Position numbers and translations under genes: made by a program. The notes under the pieces are model-generated. The model did not search any database and was not told the origin of the DNA. It saw only the letters and a list, made by a program, of their open reading frames with translations. 64,000 nt of DNA from Octopus sinensis (Eukaryota): NCBI RefSeq assembly GCF_006345805.1, contig NC_042997.1, positions 156,302,001 through 156,366,000 of the forward strand, read 5' to 3'. Positions 1-13,909 of this stretch are shown one piece after another; the stretch's first letter is position 1; each line of letters begins with the position of its first letter.

Positions 1-145
1 GAGAATTTTTGGAAGATCTTATAAATCTTCACTGGGCCACTAATAGATTGAATTTGGAGAATCCATGTCAGTTTCTTTTGCTTATGTGTGTGTGTGTGGT
101 GTGTGTGTGTTGGATGGCTGTTGACTCCAATGACTTCATCTGCCC

Positions 146-527
146 TTTACTCTTTTACTTGTTTCAGTCATTTGACTGCGGTCATGCTGGAGCACCACCT
201 TTAGTTGAATAAAATCGAGCCCAAGACATATTCAAGACTTATTCTATCTGTCTCTTTTTGCCAAACCGCTAAGTGATGGGGACGTACACACCCCAGCATT
301 GGTTGTCAAGCGATGGTGGGAGGACAAACACCGACACAAACAACAAACACATACATATAGATATATATACAATGGGCTTCTTTCAGTTTCTGTCTACCAA
401 ATCCACTCACAAGGCTTTGGTTGGCCCGAGGCTATAGCAGAAGACACTTGCCCAAAGTGCCATGCAGTAGGACTGAACCCGGAACCATAAGGTTGGTAAG
501 CAAGCTTCTTACCACACAGCCACTCCT
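146..527 (-). mobile_element. SINE family A (tRNA-like head, internal TA/GT microsatellite)
   Basis: Recurs many times in the window (for example 29015, 52497): head GGAGTGGCTGTGTGGTAAG...GGTTCAGTCCC, tail GACTGAAACAAGTAAAAGA. Confidence 0.9.
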
Positions 528-1038
528 TTGATAGATGTTGTTATTTTGACCTACAGAGTGCCTGATGAAAACTATCCTCTTCTCCAGGAGAAGGAAACCT
601 CTAACATAACACCTGTAACTTTGAATTCAATGATGTAGATGAGTTTGTCTTCCTGTGCAAGTGCATACATTGTTAAAAGGGTGAGATTAACTATGCACAA
701 AGCCTTTCCTCACTATAAAAATCTTCAGGCACAAGCATCACTTGGTTTTTAACACCTCTATTATGCATTTCATACTATGGCTGGTTGTAATCAAGAAAAG
801 CAAAACACACAATGAGAAATTCCATGATGGAGTGAAAGCATGCTTTAGTGCAGATGGTAACTCTCTGAGCAACTGCTTCTAGAGGCACCCATCATTGCCA
901 TATCTGTAAAAAGGAGTGAAAGCCTCAAGTATGATAGAATAGCTACATCTGTGCTGCTTTAAGAAAACAGTCAAGCACTGGTATTACTCAAAACTCAATG
1001 GCAGTCATTATGCATATATACATATATGTGTATGCATG

Positions 1039-1043
<5 letters not shown>

Positions 1044-1100
<57 letters not shown>

Positions 1101-1122
1101 ATGTGTGTGTGTGTGTGTGTGT
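1044..1122. repeat. (GT)n microsatellite
   Basis: Direct reading. Confidence 0.97.
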
Positions 1123-2338
1123 GCGTGCATGCATGAGTGCGTGTGGAAGCTGAAAAACTGTCAAGCAAAAAGGCAAAAAGTTCTTAGTCTAAACTACCTT
1201 CCAGAGCTTCTTTTTAGATAAGAAATAAGTTGAATACAGGAAAGTATCAGAAAATAGAAGAAAACAGTAAAATAGAATTCAAGAAACAGTTTAAAAATCA
1301 CATAAATTTAAAATAATTTATAATCTAATAATCCTTTCTACTATAAGCACAAGGCCTGAAATTGTGGGGAAGGGGATAGTCAATCACATCAGTCCCAGTC
1401 CTTGACTGGTACTTAATTTATTGATCTCAAAAGGATGAAGAGCAAAGTTGAGATCAGCAAAATTTGAAATTAGAACTAAAGACAGATGAAATGTCACAAA
1501 GCATTTTGCCGACATACTAACGATTCTGCCAGCTGACCCCGCTTCATTTAAAATTTTAAAATAATAATAAAAAAAAGAAGATAAATCCATCTTGAATTTA
1601 GAAGGATGACTAAGCTGATGTTTTGCTTAAAGTAGTGATCATATATTGAGAAGTCAAAAATAAGAGAGCACTGTTATATACTGGGATGTTGAGGTAAATT
1701 ATTATTAATTCAAAATAATATATTAAATGACTACTGTCAGTTTCCAAATCATAGACATATGGAATTTTTCAGTTGGAGTATGGATTTTGATTAAATAGAT
1801 CTGCCCGTGCCATGGACTGGTTTACAGAGAACCATTTTGCAATCATTTTGGAAACTTACAACCTGGTGTCTTTATCTTTTATCATTGATTATTTACTTGT
1901 TTCAGTCATTAGACTGTGCCCATGCTGGGGCACTGCCTTGAAGGATTTTAGTTGAATAAATCAACCCCAGGACATTTTCTTTTTTAAGCCTAGTTCTTAT
2001 TCTATCAATATATTTTGTCAAACTGCTAAGTTACATGGACATAAGCATACCAACACTGGTTGTCAAGCTGTGAGGGGGGACAAACACAGACACAAAGACA
2101 CACACATACATATATTATATAGGTTGATGGCAGTGCCAGTGGACTGACTCCTGCGCAGGTGGCACGTAAAAGGACCCACTACACTCTCAGAGTGGTTGGC
2201 GTTAGGAAGGGCATCCAGCTGTAGAAACTCTGCCAGATCAGATTGGAGCCTGGTGCAGCCATCTGGTTCATCCTCCAAACCATGCTAGCATGGAAAGCAG
2301 ACGTTAAACGATGATGATGATGATGATGATGATAATGA

Positions 2339-3543
2339 TTGGGTCATCCCATAAATAATGCAGTTTTTTTCAATTGCATGAACTAAAAGTCAGAGGGGGA
2401 TGGGATAAACTACCTGCATCAACTTACTACAAAAGCAGGAAGTAACTTTACCTTGTATTTATTCTTTGTGCAAGTTTTGAAGAGTGCAGTTCGATTTTAA
2501 CAGGTATTTTTTCAAAGCTATAATGGAAGTGACTAGGGAGTATATTCGGCATATTTTGCTTTATGAGTTCAATGAAGGCAACAATGCAATAGAAAATGCA
2601 AGTAATATAAATGCAGTATATGAGGATCAGAAAATAAATGTAAGCCATTGCAAATGGGGGATTCCAGAAATTCCCAACTAAAACTTCAGCTTTGAAGATG
2701 AGCCTCATTCTGAAAGATCTGCCGAACTCAATGAGGATGTCCTGCAAAGACTAGTAGAACAAAATCCCATTGTAACTGTTGAGAAACTAGGAGAGAAGCT
2801 TGAATGTGGTCATTCAACCATTCATCAACACCTGTGTGCCATCAGAAAAGTCAGCAGACTGGGTCAGTGGGTTCCTCACACAGTTTCTGAGTCTAATCGA
2901 ATGCAGAGAGTAAATATGTACTTTCTTTGCTGTCACATCTCACGAATGAGCCTTTTTTGGACCGAATAGTGACTGGTGATGAGAAATGGGTTCTCTATAA
3001 AAATGACAAGTGCTGAAGATAATGGGTAGGGAAAGGAGAAAAACCAGCAACCCAGGCTAAAGAAAGTCTTCACCTATGTAAGGTGCTGTTATCTGTTTGG
3101 TGAGATATGAAAGGCTTAGTCCACTTTGAACTTTTAAACCCAAACCAAATGATAACAAAGGAGATCTACCATAATGTACGGTCACATACAGTGAGGATAA
3201 CATTCTAAAGGCCAGAGCAGTTCTAATGGGAAACAATGCCCCACCCACCATATTCATCAGACATTGCCCCATCTGATTATCATTTATTCTGCAGTCTTCA
3301 AAATCATTTGGATGGAAAAAATATGAATTCTGTAGATGAGGTCAGAACAGTACTGGAGGAGTATTTTTTGTCATGGATAAGTGAATTCTTGAAGAGGGGT
3401 CTTGTAGGTCTACTAAATAGATGGAAGAGCATTGTAGAAAATGAAGGAGAGTATATTTTAGGTTAAAAAAGAACTTTGTTTATCTTAATTTTGAAAAATA
3501 AAAGAAGTATAAAAAAACCACATTTATTTATGGGATGACCCAA
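2339..3543 (+). mobile_element. Mariner (Tc1/mariner) transposon, near full length, inactive
   Basis: TIRs TTGGGTCATCCCATAAATAA / TTATTTATGGGATGACCCAA; right flank TA, left flank GA (mutated TA TSD). Confidence 0.92.
2502..3466 (+). pseudogene. Mariner transposase pseudogene
   Basis: YIRHILLYEFN (HTH start), VTGDEKW, PHPPYSSDIAPSDYHLF (YSPDLAPxD-like); several stops and frameshifts. Confidence 0.92.
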
Positions 3544-4185
3544 TATATATATTACACACACACACACATACAGCAGGCTTCTTTCATTTTCCTTCTATCA
3601 AATTCACTCTCAAGATTTTTGGGCCAGCCTGAAAATATAGCAAAAGACACTTGCCCAAAGTGCCACACAGTGAGACTGAATCCTGAATCATGTGGTTGGG
3701 AAGCAAGCTTCTTACCACACAGCCATGACTGCACATTATTTTATTATTTTGATTCAATAAGAAATTCTAAAAATAATGAAACAGTAAAGTAGTTTTTCCA
3801 GTATTATGTTCAAGCTTACCATATTATGATAGTCATTATATTACTTGAATACCTACTACCTGCCATAAAGGTTAAAATCTCCTAGTGGATATTAGAAAAA
3901 GTATCTCATATTTTTGAACAATATTTTAAAAGCCTTTATCAAAAATATTTCCTCTTCAGTTTTATAATACAAAATTAATTTTGTTATATTTAGATGTGAG
4001 GAGTAATTTTGCTCACAGGCCACAGGCAAATTTTATATCCTAAAAAAAAAGATAACAAATTGTTTCCTGAACTACCTCCTATATGTATGTGTGTGTGTGT
4101 GGGGGGGGGTAGTGTACACAAAAAGACAACACAGAAGAACAAATTTTAAAAAATTTATGTGTGTACCATCATCATCATCATTTAA

Positions 4186-4780
4186 CTTCCTGTATATATA
4201 TATATATATAAATAATATAAAATCCGTTCTGTCTGTGTGTGTGTCTTCTAGGATCTCGGGCATTCTCCATCCGATTGCGCTCAAATTTGAAATGTAGATA
4301 CCGACGGTATCAGGGTGTGTATAAGTCTTGAAAAAATTACAAAAATCGATTCCAGGTGAGAATGCGATCGATAAAGCCGTGGGAACGTGCATTTGTATGC
4401 ACAAGTACATCAGCTGTTGCGATCGATACTACGTGTACATGAGAAAAATGCACATGCAGTTTGCGCAAAAAATGCCGGCTGGCTTGAAATAATGCCACAA
4501 AATGCAGTATATTTAAGAGACCAAAAAATGGTCACGTGGGAGCCACGCGAGGAAGGGAGGAGGAGTGAGGGAGAGAGAGTGACAGAGTAATAGGATAGAA
4601 TAGTGGGAGAAGAGGAGGTAAAAGAATAAGAGTGAGAAAAAGAGAAAGACGAAAGAGTAAAAAGATCACATCAATGCACATCAGAATTATTAAGATAAAA
4701 CTTACTTGGAAGAAGATGCATGGCATTCAATCATATAATAATATAAATAATATATATATATGCGTACATACATATATGTA
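4186..4780 (+). mobile_element. Probable Helitron-type 5' portion
   Basis: TATATATAAATAATATAAAATCCGTTCTGTCTGTGTG start, CpG-retaining body and GA-rich block resemble the other two Helitron-type elements; no 3' CTAG end found. Confidence 0.45.
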
Positions 4781-4824
4781 CATACTGACATCTCTATGTC
4801 TATATATATATCATTTATTTATGA

Positions 4825-5191
4825 CTAGCAGTATCACCCGGCGTTGCTTGGGTTTGTAAGGGAAATAACTATAAAGCATTTTAGAGAGTTATAGCCAAAA
4901 AATAGCAAAAAAATGGGAAAAAATGATGGTAAATTTTTTTTTGAGTTAAAAAGGTCGAGTTGCGTCCCCTAGACAGTCTGTGGTTTGTGTTTCTGATTCT
5001 CGACCCCATGTTGAATTTATCGATTTTTTCAGAACTGGGGGAACTTTTCGAAATTTTCGCTGCGTTAGTTTTGAATTATGACATTGAGCTATGAGTGTAT
5101 CAAGTTTCATCAGAATCGGTGAAAGCCGTGGTCAGGGTGAGGGTACAACCTAACAGACACACAGACAAACTGCCGTTTATATAGAGAGAGA
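4825..5191 (-). mobile_element. Non-autonomous Helitron-type element
   Basis: On the - strand: A|TCTCTCTATATAAAC...GTCTGT...CCCAAGCAACGCCGGG hairpin...CTAG|T; matches the Helitron 5'-TC / 3'-CTAG / A-T insertion rule. Confidence 0.8.
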
Positions 5192-5587
5192 TTCACCTCT
5201 CTTAGAACCTGCTCCTCATGTGTTCTGAAGTACATTATGGAGCATATATTTAATACAATGTGCATTTCTGAATTTGCCCACAGGCTGATAATATACTCAG
5301 TTGGGATCAATTAATTGTATACATAACCTGAATATCTTTCTGCCAATACTTTGGTACCAACGTTTATATTCGTCTATAGTTGCTGTGTATGCATTTTTTA
5401 TTTTGACCCAACCTGGTGCCATACCATTTCATGTGGAGGCTTGCTGGCCACTTTTTCCCATCTTCTAAAAGGTATTTACCCAATTCTTTAAGCTATCTTT
5501 ATGGTCTTCCTGCATTTGCGAATTCTTCTATTTTTTGTAGATTAATGACACGTGAGGCACTTGTAAATTTGTTTACAATATATACAT

Positions 5588-5630
<43 letters not shown>

Positions 5631-5891
5631 ATATATATATATATATATATACACATATATCATATATCTATATATCTATACACACACACACACATATGTA
5701 TATATATATATATATGTCCTTTGTTATCAATATTATTGGATTTAAAGAATTGTGAGTGCATTGGACAAAATGCTAAGCAGTACTTGCTAATGGTCTTTTA
5801 CATTTTGAATTCAAATCCTGCTGGAGTCAACTTTGCCCTTAATCCTTCTGGAGTCACTACAATAATATACTGTTCAAATACTGAGGTTGAT

Positions 5892-6104
5892 TTAACACTT
5901 TAGCATTTAAACTGGCCCAAATATTCTACCTGGTTTGTGCTCAGACTGACCAGATTTGGCTTTTCACATTTGCTCAACAATGCCATACTAAATATATACA
6001 ATCACATCATCAAAATTTCAAAGCTAAGAGATAATGCATGTTAATTCAAACCAATGTAAATAAGCTTTACATTTGACAGAGTAATCTGAATGCTAAAGAG
6101 TTAA
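5892..6104. mobile_element. piggyBac-type MITE (TTAA ends)
   Basis: TTAA-CACTTTAGC...GCTAAAGAG-TTAA; inverted homolog of 42863-43083. Confidence 0.7.
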
Positions 6105-6429
6105 TCAACTATGCCCACCTCCTAGATTCATTGCCTTGTGACATTATTAAAAGTTTGTATTTTATGTAATAAGCCAACTTTTTAAACTGAATATTTAACT
6201 AGTTGACTAGTGTTAAATATCTAATTATAAATTGAAATTAAGTCTTATTCTTCTGCAGTGAATTTTTTGATTGACATAAATTTCAGTTTTTATTACATTA
6301 CAGTTAATGTCACCTTGTTGAAAAATGTGTATAAACTAATACAAAAAGCATTGAGAATTCATTTGATTAATTCTTTAGTCATAAGATGAGCAGTTAACCT
6401 CCATTTGTTTCAGAACAGCTAAAGCAGTT

Positions 6430-6434
<5 letters not shown>

Positions 6435-6480
<46 letters not shown>

Positions 6481-6501
6481 CCTCTCTTCTCTCTCTCTCT
6501 C

Positions 6502-6580
<79 letters not shown>
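6435..6580. repeat. (CT)n microsatellite
   Basis: Direct reading. Confidence 0.97.
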
Positions 6581-6583
<3 letters not shown>

Positions 6584-7874
6584 GGTTTAGGTTGAGAAGG
6601 AAAAGCAGTGCTCATGATATTTTACATCTCAGATTAATTGAAAAAAGGGGGAGGTGAGGAAAATTATGGCTAATGAGTTTCAAGAGTAATAAAAGTGCAT
6701 CACAAGTCCAACTTCTCATGAGACCTGGAACTTGGACTACTATGCTTGCAGTATAGTAATGTAATCTAAAGGTGATTTTTTTTATGGTGATATTAAATCA
6801 GATGACATATTAAGTCTGTTACCAAAGTCATGCTTATATCTGCTGCAACAATTACTTTATTTAGAAAAAAAGTATCACTGTATCATTATGGTCATATCTA
6901 TTTATAAATGGTAAATAGGGCATTATAACAGGGAACTTTTAAAAATCTTTGAACTTATCATATGGAACTTCAACCAGTACTCATACAGGATTTCACAAAT
7001 AATGAATATATCAAAACTAATTAGCGCTTTTGCAAAAAAAGTTGAAAGAAAAACTATCTCCAGTTCCAATACCAACCAATGTACAGTTTTATATTTACAT
7101 AGTTATTCATTTGTCCCTCCTTCAGTAAATACAATGAAGGTTATGATTCATTAAGGAGGTCAGAATACGATAGAAACATGTTTGAAAAAAAAGACATGTA
7201 ATTGCTAAAAAAATATTAAAATAACATGACTCATTTGCTAAGAACCTGTTTTCATCACTGTATATTTATTTTTAGTTAATTTTTTTTGAAAACAGAGATT
7301 TCAGTGGAACCAACTAAGCAATGAAAAGATTCATCATATGGCCAATACTTTATTTTACGTAAAACAAATGTCATAATGAAAAACAGGTTTCAAAATAGCA
7401 TAAAACATCAAAAAAATCTTGATATTTTTACAATGACAATGTTGGATGGGTATAAAAGGCCAGATCTAGCCAGTTTTGAACATAAAACAGGTCTGAATCC
7501 AAAAGGTTAAGCTGTCTCAAAGCTTTCCTGCATTTGTGAATTCCTTTATTTTCTGTAGAATACACACACATGTGGCACTTATAAGTTTGCTTACAAAATG
7601 TTCTTACATTCCAAAAGCTATTATTTAGCATTATAAGACGGAATCTGTCTTCAGGGATCTCTTAGCTTAATGGTTCTATTTTTAATCCACTAATACTAAT
7701 TAAGTCTTTCAAACATGTTGATATTGTTATCAACATCAAGTTCCCTTAACTAATACAGTCAATCATAGGGGTACTACTCTAGATGCTTTTTAGTTTATTA
7801 GTATGTGTGTAATAACAGTGTGCTGGGTGCTTCTTATGTGCCACCAGCAAGGGTGCTTTTTAAAGCGATTTTAT

Positions 7875-7960
7875 TTAGCTTCAGGTGTCTTGTCAAGTAC
7901 AGCAAATCGCCACATCTCTTGGTCCTTTGTCATTTCCTCAGTGAGGCCCAGCATCCAAAT
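7875..7960 (-). mobile_element. RTE LINE ORF terminus fragment
   Basis: [22 protein letters not shown] matches the end of the 48516 ORF. Confidence 0.75.
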
Positions 7961-7974
7961 ATAAATATGCATAC

Positions 7975-8141
<167 letters not shown>

Positions 8142-9184
8142 ACACTCGCTGAGTGGTTGGCGTTAGGAAGGGCATCCAGCCATAGAAACTCTGCCAGATC
8201 AGACTGGAGCATGGAGCAGCCCCTGGCTTCCCAGACCCCGGTCGAACTGTCCAACCTGTGCTAGCGCGGAAAACAGATGTTAAACGATGATGATGATGAT
8301 GATGATGATATATGTATGTATAAAGTGAGGAGAAAGGAACAGTCATACAAACACATGTATATGTATGCACACACTCATATACATACACACACACACAGAC
8401 ACACACACTCAGACATCTATAAAATACACTATGCAGGATGCCTATTAATGAGGGGCTGTGAACATCCAAGAGGCTCAGGTAAAAAATCCCTGTTTTAATA
8501 AACAATCCACTGAAATACTCTAGTCTTCCACTCTATCAATACCCTAGGTATTTCCTATCTTTTAACAATACACTGACAGATCAAAACAAATAAAGTGAAA
8601 TCACTTTCAAGCAATTTATGTCAGCTTTCAATGTTTAGTTATTAGTCTAAGTGCTGTAAAGACATTGTAAAATATCATTGTCTGGAGATATTAATTTGAA
8701 ATTTGTTATTGTTGGCTACAAGTGCAATGCCTTTATTAAAACTATTAGTGACCCCTGCCAACAGAATAATCTTATCACAATTTTTTTTTCGGGTATTTTA
8801 TTTTTATCAAAAGAGAGACCTTTAAGTTGAAGATGGTGTTAATGATAATTGTAAATACAAGATGAAGACGATGATGGTTGTAGTTTTCTAAAAGTTCCTG
8901 TACCTTAATTAAGAGCTTGAGACAAAATCAGACATAAATAAATATAAAATTTAGGAATGATAAATAACTACCAAGATTTAAAAGGAAAAAAATAGATAAA
9001 AGTGGTTAGTTATATAATTTTCAGTGAAGTCTCTTGACAGTAATGTTATAACGTAAAGATATCAACAAAGTACATCATAGTTTAGATTGCAAAGTACTGT
9101 GACATTAATATCATAATATATAATACAGGAACAAATACATCATAACAATAAATATTCAGTTGACATAATCACTGCTGTAGCCCC

Positions 9185-9355
9185 CATCTCCTGCTCCTCC
9201 CCCTCCTCCTTCTGCCTTCCTCCTCCACCTGTCCCTCCTCCTCCTGTCCCCACTCCTCCTGTCCCTCCTCATCCTGTCCCTCCTCATCCTCCTTCCGTCC
9301 TCATCCTCCTGTCCCTCCTCCTGCCCCCTCCGCCTCCTCCTCTGCCTCCTCCTCA
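9185..9355. repeat. Pyrimidine-rich (TCC)n/TCCTCCTGTCCC low-complexity tract
   Basis: Direct reading. Confidence 0.9.
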
Positions 9356-9693
9356 CAATAACAACAACAACGATTTCAAGTTTTGGCATAAAACCAATAA
9401 TTTCATTGGAGGCGGTTTAGTCAATTACGTCAATCCTCCAAATCAAGTTTTACTTATTTTGATGACAATGATGTTATATATATATATATATATACATATA
9501 GGCACAAAGCCTGAAATTTTGAGGGAGGGGGATAGTCGATTACATCGACCCCAGTGCTCAACTGGTACATATTTTATTGACCCTGAAAGGATGAAAGGCA
9601 AAGTTGGTGGAATTTGAACTCAGAATATAATGATGAACAAAATGCTGCTAAGCATTTTGCCTGGCGTGCTAATGATTCTGTTAGCTCACCGCC

Positions 9694-9696
<3 letters not shown>

Positions 9697-9786
<90 letters not shown>
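9697..9786. repeat. (AAT)n-(CAT)n compound microsatellite
   Basis: Direct reading. Confidence 0.95.
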
Positions 9787-11396
9787 GTTTAATGTTCCCT
9801 TTCCATGTTGGCATGGGTTGGACGATTTGACTGAGGACTGGCAAACCAGATGGCTGTACCAGGCTCCAATCTGATCTGGCATTGTTTCTACAGCTGGATG
9901 CCCTTCCTAATGCCAACCACTCTGAGAGTGTAGTAGGTACTTTTACGCGCCGCTGGCATGAGGGCCAGTCAAAGGTTACTACTACTACTACTACTAGTAA
10001 TAATAATAATAATAATGATTTCAAATTTTGCCATAAGGGCAGTAAATTTGGGGGAGGAGATGAGTCAATTACATCAACCCCAGTGTTCAACTGGTACTTA
10101 TTTTATCAACCTTCAATAGATGAAAAGCAACTTCAGCAGAATTTGAAATCAGAATGTTCGTCCTTGTGTGTCCCCTCTATGTTTATCCCCTTGTGGGTAA
10201 TAAAGAAATAAGAATCATTATCATCGTCACCATCATTTAATGTCTGCTTTCCATGCTGGCATAGGTTGGATGGTTTGACAGGAGCTGGTCATCTGGAGAG
10301 CTGCACCAGGCTCCAGTTATTTGTTCTGGCATAGTTTCTACAGCTTGATACCCTTCCCAACTCCAACCACTTTACAAAGTGTACTGGGTGCTTTTTTACG
10401 TGGCATTTTACTGGGTGCCTTTTACATACCAGTGCTATTATGTGACACCAGCAAGGTTACTTTATACATGGCACTGACTCAGGTCTATTTTTATGTGGCA
10501 CCGGCATGGATGCATTTTACATGTCACTGGCATGGATGCTTTGTATGTGATACCAGCACTGGTGCTTTTTACATGGCACAAATAAGCTCTCTTGAATATT
10601 ACTGCAGTAGTCTCCAAAGAACATTATCTGTTTCCTCATTCAGTTCATACAGACATAAAAAAACACCTAAACACAAAAAAATTACAGCAGCATTATTTAT
10701 CTCATTAGCTTCAAATATACTATAGTTGGATGTGCAGAACAAATGATAAATGCAGAGAAGCAACAACTGTCACATGCCAACAGAGTTTTGTCTTGCTTGC
10801 TTCTGTTGTTGCTAACTATCAGAATCTACTGACACACAGAAACAGACTGGACAGAGGAGACAATTCAACATTCTCCAAATGCTAAACCACACCACATACG
10901 TAATTAACCATTACATGTCAGAATGTGAAATGTCATTGGCAACTAGACAGAAATAAACCTGGAGCTGCAGATCTGTGAATCATATCTAGTTAGTTGGTTG
11001 ACTTTCTGCATGACATATGTCTACTTGCTTAGAACTGATCTGGGATTACGCAATAACAATAACAACAACAACAAATCAAAGTGAAAACCTCTATACAGTC
11101 ATTTGACCTGCTAAAAATAGTGGTCAAATCCCAAACTACTATATTAAAAAAGGAAATATCCATTAGAAAATGTAGTCAAATGTCAGGTTTTTTTTCTTAT
11201 TCTTCTTGGAAACCATCCACTCCATTGTGGAAACTTTTCCTATTTGCTGATATGGCACCAATGACTATCTTCACTCATGTTTTACAGTTATACTTCGATA
11301 CACTCTGCCTGAAAAAATAAAATCTGAAAAACTGGCCTGAAATTAAACAGTAGCGACAACAACCACTACCACTGTCACCACCACATCCTTATTGTT

Positions 11397-11444
<48 letters not shown>

Positions 11445-12445
11445 GTCCCCATAGCAGCTGTGTAATGCAAAAGAGTTGTATAAATCCATTTATTTTTCCA
11501 TATAAATTTAGATAACTCATTTGATTTTTCCAAATATATCCATTAACTAAAATCTTCCCAAGAAAAAGTCAACAAATAAATATGTACTAAATACATAAAT
11601 ATCAAACTTCAAGAAAAATTAGGTAAATGAAATTGATTATTTTTACAATTTTCTTGGACACATATTTGAACTGCTTAACCCCCAATAATTTCTGCTCAGT
11701 TGTTACTGAAAACTAAAAAATAACAAGAAAGTATACAGCAAAAAACTAAAAAAGAAGAAAAAAAAAAAGAAAAAAGAAAATGAAAAAACCCTAAAGATGC
11801 AATTTTAGTTTTCTATCATTATCATCATCATTTGATGTCCATTTTCTACAGGTTAAACAGTTCAATAGTATATACACATTAATTTATAGTCTATTTATTT
11901 ATGTGCTTATTTATGCCATCAAACATCCATCATCATCATCATCATCATTGTTTAACGTCTGACTTCCGTACTAGCATGGGTGGGATGGTTTGACAGGAGC
12001 CAGCCAGGCAGAGGCCTGTACAAGACTTCTGTAGCTGTTTTGGTAGGATTTTTACAGCTGGATGCCCTTCAGCAGAGTGAATTTAGTGTTTTTTATGTGG
12101 CACAAACACAGGTGAGTTGGGTAGTGCTTTTTACATGGCACAAGCATTGGTGAGGTGAGTAGTGCTTTTTGTGTGGTACAAATACAGGCAATGTCAGTTT
12201 TAGCAAGGTTTTTACAGCTGGATGCCCTTCCAAATACCAACCACTTTACAGTGTGGACTAGGTGCTTTTAAGTGGCACTTGCACTGACAGGGTCACAAAG
12301 CACTTGCAAGTGCAAAACCACCCCCAAAAAATCTCTTTTGAGAGGGGAGAGTGCATTGGAGGAGGTGTCGGCTGATGAAAGGTATAGTGAGGCAGAGACA
12401 GAAATAGGTGTCTTGCTGTAGAGGAGGTACAAGTCTACCCAGCTG

Positions 12446-12484
<39 letters not shown>

Positions 12485-13909
12485 TCAGGAATGAAGACAG
12501 AAACAGGTGTGCTGCCACAAAAGAAATATGTGGTTACCTAACCTGAGGGAAGTGCAGGAGAAGGAGAGAGAGAGAGAGAGTGGGAGACTGCAGGATGGAG
12601 ATGGTGGCAAAGTGCTGGGCATACTCACAAGAGACGGGGATCAGAATATAAATGGGATGGTTGAGTAAAAGCAGAGAGATATAGATGGTGGCAAGTGCCA
12701 GGGCATACCCTTGAGATTCGAACTCCATAATATAAATGGCAGGATATTGCGAAAGAAGTGTGATTAAAGAGTGTGGAGGGGGGAGAGAGTGGCAAAAACT
12801 TGGGTATATATAGAGTTGGGCACTACTGGATAGCAATGATACAGTGGTACAGGGCTAGGAGGACAGGATTGGGGAGTGAGAAGCAAGCATAGTGTATGAA
12901 GGAAGAAATGTGAGGAAGAGAAGAGATGTAGAGATGTAGTTTGGTTTGTTGTGGTAGAGTGTGTGAGAAATTTTCTTGTTGAATGTGGGTGGGACACAGC
13001 GCTTTTAAAACCTAGTTTTGCTGACATGGGTGGGTCTTCTCAAGAACTTCATATTGCCAGACATCTCAGTCCATTGTCATTTTCTCTGTAAGGCCTAACA
13101 TCCAGAGATCAGTCCTTACCTTTTATAAACTTGAATAATCATAAACAAATTTGTAGTATATAAGAGTTTGTGCTGAGTTTATATTAGTTAATTAGTTGTG
13201 TATATTATATTTGTGATGTTCATATTTTATTGAAAAAATAAAAGCTTTTATAATATGATTATTAGGATCTATCAATAAGTTAAATAAACTGATTTGTTAT
13301 AGAACAATTTAGATAATTTAGGCAATAAATGTGGTTGCCCAGGCATCCAAGTCTCCCACCCCTATGATACAAGTGTTTATCTAAGGGCCACCAACCAAAG
13401 TCAATACTGATGAAACAGGGATGTCACAGGCATTGTTGTCAAAACACAATGAACCAGCGTGGATACCACCAGGAATCTTGTCTGGCCCTCTAACTATCAA
13501 AAAGATGTAAGACAAAGTTTACCTTGGTGGGATTTGAACTCAGAGTGCAGAGAGGAAGAATAAATACTACAAGGCATTCAATGTTACATACTAACTCAGC
13601 GGTTCCCAAACCGTGCACTGCAGTGCTCTTATGCACCACAAGATATAATTAGGTGTGCCTCGAAAATGTAAGATTATATTTCAAAATATGAAAAATCCCA
13701 ACTGAAACTGGATTTTTTATGTTTGGCTGCCAGCATCAATTTTCTATTCAGTGTAATGATACACTTTTATAGGCTAATTAATGATGTGAAAGTAATTTTA
13801 CATTAAACACATTTGCATTAAACAATCGGGGTTGTGATGTGTGCTAAAAATAATGATAAATGTTCACATTATTACCAGGAAATGAAATTGAAAAAAAAAA
13901 AGTGTAATG

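Noticed and set aside
555-605. CTGATGA ... hairpin ... GAAA near 560
   Set aside because: Helix II does not close next to the core and there is no helix I or III. It lies in what looks like a very decayed LINE fragment (~600-900).
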